From: Octopus bimaculoides
Lineage: Eukaryota
Direction of reading: 5' to 3'
Assembly (NCBI RefSeq): GCF_001194135.2
Contig: NC_068990.1
Location: 35,996,116 to 36,060,115, forward strand
Length of the DNA stretch: 64,000 bases
Positions 52,918-64,000 of this stretch are shown one piece after another; the stretch's first letter is position 1, and every line of letters begins with the position of its first letter. The notes beneath the pieces are model-generated. The model saw only the letters and a program-made list of their open reading frames with translations, searched no databases and was not told the origin of the DNA. The position numbers were made by a program, and so were the translations under genes.

Positions 52918-54127
52918 AGGGGCTTAATAGTTAGTACACATTTGAATTCAGAACAAGCACGGGTGAAATGTGGCCCTACACGCTAACGATTCTGCCAGCA
53001 CGCCACCTTACATTACCAGTAATATATTACGAATAGCTTTGATATCTTCCAATATACCACACTATATCTATGTAAGAATCCCATTTTATGAAATATAGCA
53101 TTTTTTATACAATATACCATTTCGCTACATATTTGGTGTTATGCCAAGCTTAGAAATCATTATTGTTATTATTTTGACTGAAAATGGAGCTGTTATATAT
53201 ATACATATCATGTATGTATGTACGTATGTATGTATGTATGTATCATAAATCTGCTTTTGCCATTTTCTTTTCTTTCCCATTTTCATATTGGTTATGATTA
53301 TTATTATTATTATTGTTGTTGTTGCTGTTGTTGTTTAACCTGTTTAAGACTTTTACTTCAGATTCACGTCAAGAATTGTTTTTGCAAATTTCTGTCAGTA
53401 ATTTTCAGTCTATTCTCCATTGTTATTTCTTCATCGCAACCCCAACAAACTTACGTCAATTCGTGTTTTGTTTAGGTTTTACCCTTTTATTTTTATTTTT
53501 TGCTATTTGTTTCTTCTTAATTCTATTATTCAACTCTTCACATACTGTTTATTATTTCTTTACTTTACTTTTCATTTTTTTTTACTTTTTTCAATCTCTG
53601 CTAATTTGCTAACTTTCCATACTGTTCGTGTATTTGTCTACAGCAATCAAACTTTGGTACGCTGCCAAAATTGTTAGAGGTAAAACAAAAAAACAATCAA
53701 GCAAATTTTAATGGATGTATGAAACAACAAAATATAAATTACTGAAAATAAAATAAATAGAATGTTGTTGAAATAAAATAATACTGAATATATTAGATAA
53801 TTGTTACATCGGTTATTTTTTGTCACTAAAAACATTGTTTTTTACAACTGAATACTAACGGAATCTGCAGACTTGTTTAGGAAACTGGTTTAACAATCTA
53901 CACATAAACGATGGAAAAAATAGGCTACCGTCAAACAAATGTAAGTTATAAGTATCAGAGATTATAAATCTTAAAGATGAGAAACAAAATTCTCACAATC
54001 AAAAAATATACAAACCAATTAAAATATATGAAATAAGTAATGATATTCACATATAGTAATTGTTCATGATCTGGAAGAATGAGAAAAAAATGTGTCTTTT
54101 TTATATATATATAAGTGATTAAATTAA

Positions 54128-54343
54128 CGAACTCAGAACGTTAAAATGGTTGAAATGCCGCTAATCATTTTGCTCGGCGTGCTAACGATTTAGTCAGCTC
54201 ACCGTCTCAATAATGATAATATAGGTTCCAAATGTTGACATAAGGCTAACAACATCAATCAGTGTAAGTCGATTACATTGACCCTAGTGATCGACTAGTA
54301 CATATTTTGTCGACGCCGAAAAGATGAAAGTCAAAATTGACCC
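54128..54343 (-). mobile_element. Two adjacent partial SINE family B copies
   Basis: A head fragment at 54128-54207 followed by a core/tail fragment at 54225-54343. Confidence 0.7.
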
Positions 54344-54583
54344 CAATAATGGTGATAAATTTTCATTTTGAGACTGGTTGTTATATTCCATCTAAAAGAT
54401 CCCCAGAATTCTTCTGTATGTTATCGAACCCCACATGCTGGTTAAGCATGTTTGTACATACATACATACATACATACATACATACATACATACATACATA
54501 CGTATATATTTATGCTTATATATAATTTTTTTAATGGATGAATGTGAGATCGTCCATTAATTGGAATAATTTCCAAAGATTTC

Positions 54584-55135
54584 TAACTTATTAAACACAG
54601 TTCAATAAATTCATTCATAGTTATGCAATGGAGGAGATTAGATGTTAAAATGGATTATTGTTTTAATTATTCATGTTTCAATACAATGTGTTTCATACAA
54701 AACGACTCAGATATTCATAACAGAGTATCAGAATAGCCAGTTTTGTACTCATCGGTAGCTAGGATAAAAACTAAAATAGCCGTTAGAAGTATATAGATTT
54801 TCTCTTAGTAATCATATTGTAATGATGTGTTCATTCTTGGAGTCATGCCTATTTTAAACAAGTCTTGTTTAAAATAGGCATGACTCCAAGAACGAACACA
54901 TTATTACAATATGATTACTAAGAGAAACGCTATATACTTCTAACGTCTATTTTAGTTTTTATCCTACCTACCGACGAGTACAAAATTGACTATTGCGATT
55001 TTCTATTATGAATATCTGACACTTTTTGTATGAATAATAAAAACATGAATAATAAAAACTATAATCCATTTTAACATCCAATTTCCTCCATTATGTAAAT
55101 ATGAATGAATTTGTTGAACTATGTTTAATAAGTTA
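54584..55135. repeat. ~560-bp foldback palindrome centred at 54863 (probable MITE/foldback element)
   Basis: The inner arms ttcttggagtcatgcctattttaaacaag-T-cttgtttaaaataggcatgactccaagaa are perfect over 29 bp. The arms remain alignable out to taacttattaaac / gtttaataagtta. Confidence 0.95.
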
Positions 55136-55147
55136 AATCATTTAATG

Positions 55148-55184
<37 letters not shown>

Positions 55185-55188
<4 letters not shown>

Positions 55189-56220
55189 CCCCACTAGGAC
55201 TATCCCCACCACGACAACTACTCCCTAGACTAATGATCCCCCTTGGTTAATTACCCTTTCTCCAATATATTAAGAAGTATTAAATCATCATCTAAAAGTG
55301 CAAATTATACGCGCTTCCTCGCAAATATTGTATCACATTTATGTCTTCATAATTGCTAGATACGGCATTAATACGGGCTGAAACATCTAAATATTTCTTT
55401 CTAGATGACTCTTTAGCAAAACCCATCAAGGATTGAGTCATAAGTACTTGTTGTAATGCTTGCTCTCTTTTGACATATTTTTAAAAAATTCAAAATGTTC
55501 GGGTGGCAACAACCAGCGTTTGATAGAAAAAACCTCCTGTGCCATCCTTCCACAGTATTGTTTGTTCTTGGAAGTTCATCCGACGTTCTGTTGTACATAC
55601 TCCATAGACCCATTCAAAACACTGGTTCTCGCCGTCTTCCTCTTCGACATGGTCGTCTTAAATATGTATCCTCAAAGTAATCTTGCAAGGGATATATTTC
55701 TGGTGGGAGTATTTCATATAGGGTTTCAAATTTTTTCAACATCACAAGTAGGAACAAAAGCTAAAGCAGTTATCATTCCCATAGAGATTGAAAACTCTTT
55801 ATCCTCTTGGTATGGCTGTTAAAATCCGAGAAATTGAATGTTCCTACAGATACTTTGGCTAAAGTGATTGAAAAAACAACTGTTTATCTAGGCTTGTGGA
55901 AATGCCAAGTGTAATCTATTAAATCTGCCATGATAGTTTTGGGTGCTAAATCTTGTTTCAATGATGTTAGTTGCTCCAGAAAATTTGTGTAAGTAGTTTG
56001 GCTTTTATCAGGTAACAGCGTAAATTAATGGCACTGAACGATCATGCAGTAGTGCGTTAACTATGTATAATTGTGAAACAATCTGGGGAACTGTCTTGAA
56101 TGCTCCATCAAGAGACCACTGCGACGCTTGGCATACGTTATCCGGAATTCTTCAATGTTCGTTGAGTAAATATCAAATAATAGAGACGGGAAATAGAATA
56201 TGCCAGAAAATATAGTTTCC
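55185..56220 (-). mobile_element. MULE (Mutator-like) transposase pseudogene with one terminal region
   Basis: WSLDGAFKTVP...QLYIVNA...PLIYA; PKTIMAD; CFFNHFSQ; ALAFVP; FEDTYL; PRTNNTVEGWHRRF. Short ccccta-type subterminal repeats at 55185-55262 next to (TA)n. Confidence 0.9.
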
Positions 56221-56280
56221 CGTAGATTCCAGCTTCTTTCTCTATCATATGTTATTTGTATACATATATACGTTTGTGTG

Positions 56281-56332
<52 letters not shown>

Positions 56333-56398
56333 GATATGTGCCGCTGTGTGTTTTTTTTATGGTTACATCGATCCAAAAATATTCACATTTAAGTGGGA

Positions 56399-56474
<76 letters not shown>

Positions 56475-57510
56475 ACACATACATGTATATATATTCAGAG
56501 ACATTCACAGATAGGCATACAAAAACTCAAAAATCAAATGCCACCAATACACGCTTTGCAATTGACTAACTTCCAAGCAAATAGTGGGAAATGAAGTTGC
56601 AATGATTCTGGTAGTACGATCTCTTTTTGATTTTATCAATAACTTAACGCATTTGATAGTAAGTGACATATAAGAATAAGACTGCTAAAAGAGGTTTAGG
56701 GCCTCAGCTTGAAACAAGCAGTTTCAATCCCATTGGTTGCTATTTTACTTCCTTCTCTATAACTATGCGTAACAATTCGAAATTCGAAATCCCCGTTCTT
56801 TTTTGCCTGCTTGACAATTTATTACATAGAATTGTGTAATAAAATCAATATAGCGTGGTAGCTACATCAGGCTTTGTAATAAGCAATTGTAGTAGAATTG
56901 TACAGATGCGACAAGCATTTCAATATGAATTATGCATAAGTTAGCTCTAGTTGTAAAACGAATATAAGTAATTTAATAAATACGAATAGAAATAACTGTT
57001 CTCCTAGGGATTAGTTCTTCACCCTACTGTAACTGCCAAAAATATTAGTATATCTCTAATAAAAAATTATGTGTGTAACTGTAACTCTGTGTGTTTATAT
57101 TTATTGCTAGTCAGAACCTTAATACGTAGAAACGTGTAAGAAAAGGAAAATCAAATGTAAGATTTAGAAATGTAATTGAAAACAGAAACGGTGACAGGAT
57201 ATGCTGCTACACAAAGAGAAATACAGATAAAGGAATAGAAGAGTGATAAAGATGGAACAAGTATTACTGCAGATACAATTAACAGACGTCATAATGAGTA
57301 GACAACTCAATTTATCTCATAACACAGACGACATAACATGTAATCAACATGTAAGAAATCTCCTTGCTATTTCTGTATGTCTGCTGTTTATGGTTTTTCG
57401 TACTTGTAATTTCGTCTCGTTATTAGTTCTCTATTACAGTTGGCATAAATATATATAAATACATACATACATATATATATATGTGTGTGTGTATATATAT
57501 ATATATGTGG

Positions 57511-57572
<62 letters not shown>

Positions 57573-57677
57573 GTATCTATGTATGTTTAGATAAATAATC
57601 CCAAAAGTGTTTCGTTGTTGATAGGAAGTGTGAAGTGATAACTTATATAGTGTATACACACATACGCGCAGGACCAC

Positions 57678-57714
<37 letters not shown>

Positions 57715-58399
57715 CATATATATATTTCTACTTATATACGTATATAAATACGTATATGTACATATATGTATGTGTATATATGTATCTACACACAAACTCA
57801 TATATATACATTTAAACATATATACATATATATATACGTACATACATAAACATATATACATATAATAAATATACATATGTATTATATCTATATATAATAT
57901 ATATATATCTATATATATATATATANNNNNNNNNNNNNNNNNNNNNNNNNNNNNNNNNNNNNNNNNNNNNNNNNNNNNNNNNNNNNNNNNNNNNNNNNNN
58001 NNNNNNNNNNNNNNNNNNNNNNNNNNNNNNNNNNNNNNNNNNNNNNNNNNNNNNNNNNNNNNNNNNNNNNNNNNNTATATAATATATATATATATATATG
58101 TATATATATATGTATATGTGTGTTTGTAGATATACCAATATTCCCATATACATATAAGCATATATATATATATATAAGTATGTGTGTGTATGTTTATGTA
58201 TATTTGTATATATTTACATTGAATAGAATCAAAATTCTATTGAGATAAATATTTTGTTGTCGTTGTTGTTGTTGTTCCATCGATAAGTATTTTAGAGGTA
58301 AATAACATAAAAGAGATGTCTACCTTTGAGGTAATTCTGTCTTATGATAGATGTGAAGGCTGAGAAACTTGCAATAGTCGTTCGCTGATGCTCTGCTTA

Positions 58400-58433
58400 T
58401 AATTATTATTATCGATACTACTACTACTACTAC

Positions 58434-58505
<72 letters not shown>
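58400..58505. repeat. (TAC)n-(ATT)n microsatellite
   Basis: Read directly from the sequence. Confidence 0.95.
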
Positions 58506-58603
58506 CTGGTGGGGAGGTAAAGCAAATATAATCACGAAGAAATGAAAATAAAAGATTGAAAATAAAACCCTTTTCACTTTATGTTTACACAAGACAAAGC
58601 CGA

Positions 58604-58637
<34 letters not shown>

Positions 58638-59292
58638 TTNNNNNNNNNNNNNNNNNNNNNNNNNNNNNNNNNNNNNNNNNNNNNNNNNNNNNNNNNNNNN
58701 NNNNNNNNNNNNNNNNNNNNNNNNNNNNNNNNNNNNNNNNNNNNNNNNNNNNNNNNNNNNNNNNNNNNNNNNNNNNNNNNNNNNNNNNNNNNNNNNNNNN
58801 NNNNNNNNNNNNNNNNNNNNNNNNNNNNNNNNNNNNNNNNNNNNNNNNNNNNNNNNNNNNNNNNNNNNNNNNNNNNNNNNNNNNNNNNNNNNNNNNNNNN
58901 NNNNNNNNNNNNNNNNNNNNNNNNNNNNNNNNNNNNNNNNNNNNNNNNNNNNNNNNNNNNNNNNNNNNNNNNNNNNNNNNNNNNNNNNNNNNNNNNNNNN
59001 NNNNNNNNNNNNNNNNNNNNNNNNNNNNNNNNNNNNNNNNNNNNNNNNNNNNNNNNNNNNNNNNNNNNNNNNNNNNNNNNNNNNNNNNNNNNNNNNNNNN
59101 NNNNNNNNNNNNNNNNNNNNNNNNNNNNNNNNNNNNNNNNNNNNNNNNNNNNNNNNNNNNNNNNNNNNNNNNNNNNNNNNNNNNNNNNNNNNNNNNNNNN
59201 NNNNNNNNNNNNNNNNNNNNNNNNNNNNNNNNNNNNNNNNNNNNNNNNNTATATATATATATAACATATATATATATGTGTATATATATATA

Positions 59293-59470
59293 TTCTTTTA
59301 TTCTTTTACTTGTTTCAGTCATTTTACTGCGACAATGCTGGAGCACCACCTTTAGTCGAGCAAATCGCCCCCAGTAATTATTCTTTGTAAATCTAGTACT
59401 TATTCTCTCGGTCTATTTTGCTGAACCGCTAAGTTACGGGGAAGTAAACACACCAGCATCAGTTGTCAAG
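59293..59470 (-). mobile_element. SINE family A, 3' half
   Basis: cttgtttcagtcattttactgcgacaatgctggagcaccacctttagtcgagcaaatcg matches the family A tail. Confidence 0.85.
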
Positions 59471-60839
59471 ATATATTTTGTTCTACAGAATTTCATTGAA
59501 ACTTAACATTATTAGCTCAACAGTAATTTATTAATCGAGAAGGTATTATAATGTGTCAATTTATCTATCCCATTTACTTAAGCAAAATCGACAATATTTT
59601 CTTTTTTCTCCCTCATATCAGAAAGCAGGATGATTCTTAAAATTTTTATTTGTTTTGGAGGCGGTGTTCCTGCTTCTTCGAAGATGGAAGCGTTAACAGA
59701 CAAATATATAATTATTACACAAGAACATACAGTCATACATAATCTATAAAATTAGCATTACTAAATGCACCACGCATATTACCTATGAGTGAAGACATTG
59801 CTGGTAAGATGCATCCGTTTGATGGTATACATCGAATATATAAAGGGAGTTGTCTCATGGAACATTAATATGACCAAATATGAGAATATTCTTGGGGTCT
59901 ATAAAATCGACAAAATCTCGTATGACTTGCCTCTATTTTTAATGCGCTGGATTCGATTATTATTTTTGTCAATTCAAACGACTATATGTAGGTTTCCGTT
60001 TTTGGCTGCTATATTTAATGAGATGGTCGCCGCCATTAGAGGAAGCTTCGTAGTAATATATGAAAATATGATTTTAGAGTAGGCTGAAAGTTTTGTGATG
60101 CTGTCTGAAAAGGTGGAAAGGAGAGGCAAATATGACTTTGCAAGAAAATTAACAACAGAAGATTTAATGCTACACTTTCAGGCGATTCAATCTGGTTTTG
60201 ATAATAAAATCTTCACACTCTCAGCTACATATATTCTTGGAATTTTAATACCTATGGATCCGATAGGCGGCTTAGTTCGTGTTTAGATTTATCTATAACT
60301 ACTGTCCATTGAATATTTGGAATATAACATAACCAAGTAGATTATTAATACTAAGACACAAGCGCACATGCGCATACATTTACATATATTCGAATATATG
60401 TGTATGTGTGTGTTTTGTGGATAGGTGTAATGTGTGGGTGTGGGTGTGTATTTGTATATGTGAATGTGTGTATATATATATATATATATATATGTATGCA
60501 AGTATGTATGCATATATGTATATATACATATGTATACGCAGACAAATATATTTACATAAATAACACATGTGCACATGTATGTTTATCTATTTCTATGAAT
60601 CTATGAAACTTTCTCCAGTGATGACCACTATCCCATTAAATATTGGCAGATAAGAAACCGAACTTCTATATAATTAGTTGGTATGGTAGACACAGTAGCC
60701 AAATCTGCCTCAGTTTATTGCTCTAAAATTAGGAGACAGTAACTCGCCTTTCTACATTTGCAGACAGATTCACAAAATAATCGGCCTACTCTAAAATAAT
60801 ATCTTCATATATTTCTATAAACCTTTTTGTCTCATGATT

Positions 60840-61400
60840 TCCACAGGGAGAGAAACAAGAATGGCAGCGAAATTCCATTAGATTCGATGCTCTCACTTAT
60901 ACATATTATACTGATGACAAGAAAGGGGAGATACCTCGGGTGGTAAGGGTAGGGGTAGAACTTCGGGTCAACGTTATCCTTCGTTGCACGAACAACATGG
61001 TACTGTGAATAGGTGAGATTGAGAAAAGCTAGTTGAGTATCAGAGAAATTAGAGTCAGATACATATAATTCGATTTCTGATGACACAGTTAGTCTGGTAA
61101 AGAGGATAGTAAAAGACAATTACCATTACTTCGTTACTTACTCCATATTCCAAGAGATCGAAAGAGAGGGTGATGCAAGACAGACACGTTGATTATGGGA
61201 TGCCTGTGTATAGAGTCCAGCAAGCTTCTACAATATCAGTGAGTGTTTTGTTAGGGAAAAATTTCGCTTCAGAATGTTACAATCTAGTGTACAGCATTGA
61301 AAAACCTCGATAAAGTCGAAACGCATCTCTCATTTACGTGTGTACCAACAGAGACGATGTTTAACTCGCTCCACTATATGCAACGAAAGAAGATATTGAA
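60840..61400 (+). mobile_element. Possible highly decayed RTE-like RT remnant
   Basis: VGVE.GSTLS (VGVHQGS.LS), ISDDTV (FADD.V) and HLRVYQ (KLRVY) occur in the correct order but only across frameshifts. Confidence 0.25.
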
Positions 61401-61607
61401 GAAATTATATATCTCACAACTCCTCCGTTTCAAGAGCGTCAATGCATTTTTCATGTTACACACGTATGTGTGTGTGTAAGTGTGTGTGTTTGCATGTGTG
61501 TGTATGTAAGTATTTATGTATGTATATGTATGTATATCTGTATATATGTGCGTATGTGTTTTTACATATATATATTTACATGTACATGCATACATTAACA
61601 CAAACAT

Positions 61608-61695
<88 letters not shown>

Positions 61696-61951
61696 CAAGA
61701 TGCTCAACGTTGATTATCACAATCGATAATTTTGAAAAAAATTTAAACAACGGTGTAACTTTATCTAAAACATTAGATTTCTTTTCTTAATCTTCACCAA
61801 TCTAGAATTTCACACTAAATCATAATCAATTCATTGTTAGTCTCTGTTTGATAGCAATATCTTGTGATTTTAATCTTTATCATTTTCTGTTGCATCATTC
61901 CCTGTTGATTTCACAATGCATATACATACATATATATATATATGAGCGAGA

Positions 61952-61983
<32 letters not shown>

Positions 61984-62059
61984 CTGTATCTATCTGTGTG
62001 CGTGTGTGTGTGTTTGAGTGTTTTTATGTACCTATATATGCGTAGGTATGCACATACAT

Positions 62060-62148
<89 letters not shown>

Positions 62149-62368
62149 AGTACATATATGTGTGTGTATATATGTATATGCATATGAACATACACGGCTG
62201 TGTATGTATGTATATATACATGTAAAAATAAACTTATATATTGACATATATGTATGTATGTGCGTGCATAGGGGTGTATGCAGTATAGGTAAAAGTGTGC
62301 GTAGTAAGAGAGTAATTCAGCAATACACCATAAATATATATAACTGCACGATCAATGTCTCACTAGAT

Positions 62369-62544
62369 CAGTGGTTCCCAACTCTTTTATCTAAATGAGT
62401 TTTTCCACGGACCCCTTTTAATATACTTAGCCTTATGTGTGTATGTATATATGTATATATATGAAATTTTGAATTTAGTTCACGGACCCTCAGTACTAAC
62501 TTTGCGAACCACCAGGGTCCGCAAACCCAGGTTGGGTAACACTA
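62369..62544. mobile_element. hAT (Charlie/MER5-like) MITE with 14-bp TIRs and 8-bp TSD
   Basis: Left TIR CAGTGGTTCCCAAC (62369-62382), right TIR GTTGGGTAACACTA (62531-62544, 3 mismatches). Identical CACTAGAT at 62361-62368 and 62545-62552. Confidence 0.92.
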
Positions 62545-62920
62545 CACTAGATTCATTGTTGAATTTATCTTCCATATTCGCTCTTGTTATATTTTTTTAA
62601 ACAACCACCGAACGGAATTTTTTGCTACGTGACTGCAAAGATAACTTGAGTTAATTGAAGCTTTTCAAGTCCCTGTATAGTATATGTTACACACTGTATT
62701 AATCAATATACGGTACAAGGCATCAATTTTTCATTTAAAATTTAGTACGACAATCGATTCGACCTTTCAGGCATTGATTTTGATACACATGTCGCAACAA
62801 TAGCTGCACCAATTCATATGTGTTGAAAATGAAGGAGAGTCTCGAACGCAGAACAGATGTGAAAATAGCTCAGAAGATTGAGTAAATAATCATAGAAGTC
62901 GGGAAACAGTGGCCACTAAG

Positions 62921-62988
<68 letters not shown>

Positions 62989-63958
62989 TTTATACATTTT
63001 GCAGAAAAGTAATATGAGATGTTACAGGTGAAGACTTGAATACATCAGGTTTTGAGCATAACAATTGAATAGATGAATATGTGATATATTTTCTACTAGT
63101 TTGGGAGAAGTGTTGCAACCAATCAAATCTTGATAGTTAACTATATTTCGATGTGTGTGTTTTTTTTAATACTTTTCGCCTACTTATTTTAGTGCTACTT
63201 TCATTTATCAGTCGCTTGAAACTTGGAGTAGCAATTGAAGAAACTTCAGCTTCTAATAAAATATTATAACTCTCTTTCATGTATTAAGTATTATTCCCTT
63301 CATTTGTCAATACGAACGTTCACTAGTCCATATGTAAACGAGTGTATGTGCGTGCGTGTGTGTGTCTGTGAGAGAGAGAGAGTGTGTGTGTGTGTGTGTG
63401 TTGTATGAGTGTATGTATGTGAGTGTGTGTGTATTTAAACTTCATCTACATAATACCTGCAAAAACGTCTGGTTGGTCTTTCGGCCTACTACATATAGTG
63501 GCAAAATAACCTCTAATATCATACCATTTACTCTAATCTCTCCTATATCACATTCTAGCAACTTTAAAATAAGAGAACTATTGAATAATGAGGGCCTTGA
63601 TGCACATTACCTGAAGAAGATATAGTCAAAATTAAATTACCTTTGATCGTAGGTTTCTGGATCAAGTCTACTATCTTGGAGCTAAAAACAAACAAAAACA
63701 AACTATCGCGTTATCTTACTGTCTGCCCATATATCTATCGTTATATCTCTTTATTAACGCCTTCTTTCATTTATTGGCATTTCAAACATTAGAGAGATAT
63801 CAGCAACAAAAATATGTTCATTTTGAAACTATTAAAAGTAATTTCAAGCATGGCTGCAGTAATGGAATTTGGTAATTCAGTTTACATGGTGGTTTGATCT
63901 AGAAAATAATAGACACTGGCTGCTATCACATTATTCTGTAAACACACGTTTCTATATT

Positions 63959-64000
<42 letters not shown>

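Noticed and set aside
15480-61090. Hammerhead ribozyme cores (CTGATGA...GAAA) expected near Penelope remnants
   Set aside because: At each CTGATGA I inspected (e.g. 15480, 17555, 33714, 60913) stems I-III could not be formed.
454-63625. Dozens of ORFs rich in YI/CV/HT/X repeats in the ORF track
   Set aside because: They are translations of (TA)n, (TG)n and (CA)n microsatellites or N gaps, not genes.
1-64000. CRISPR array, rRNA, or prokaryotic defence/operon system
   Set aside because: No repeat-spacer arrays, no rRNA similarity and no gene-dense organisation; the sequence is eukaryotic repeat-rich DNA.

Overview
AT-rich, microsatellite-saturated eukaryotic genomic DNA with six assembly gaps, almost certainly from Octopus (inferred from the recognisable tRNA-derived SINE families and the repeat load). 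I found no intact protein-coding gene, rRNA, true tRNA or CRISPR array, and most ORFs in the supplied track are microsatellite or N-gap artefacts. The window is mainly a layered set of transposon remnants: about 23 SINE copies of 4 families, Tx1/L1 LINE pieces (two stacked ORF1s, an endonuclease start and a separate RT remnant), weak RTE/CR1 remnants, Penelope-like RT and GIY-YIG remnants, several mariner pieces, a DD37D (maT-like) transposase, a MULE transposase, a hAT 5' end and a hAT MITE with an intact 8-bp TSD. The two most unusual items are a ~560-bp foldback palindrome (54.58-55.14 kb) and a possible Maverick/Polinton minor-capsid (penton)-like fossil (17.14-17.42 kb). A few splice-site-bounded open segments could be host exons but remain unproven. 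All family assignments come from manual translation and remembered motifs; no database searches were run. I cannot support a new biological system here.
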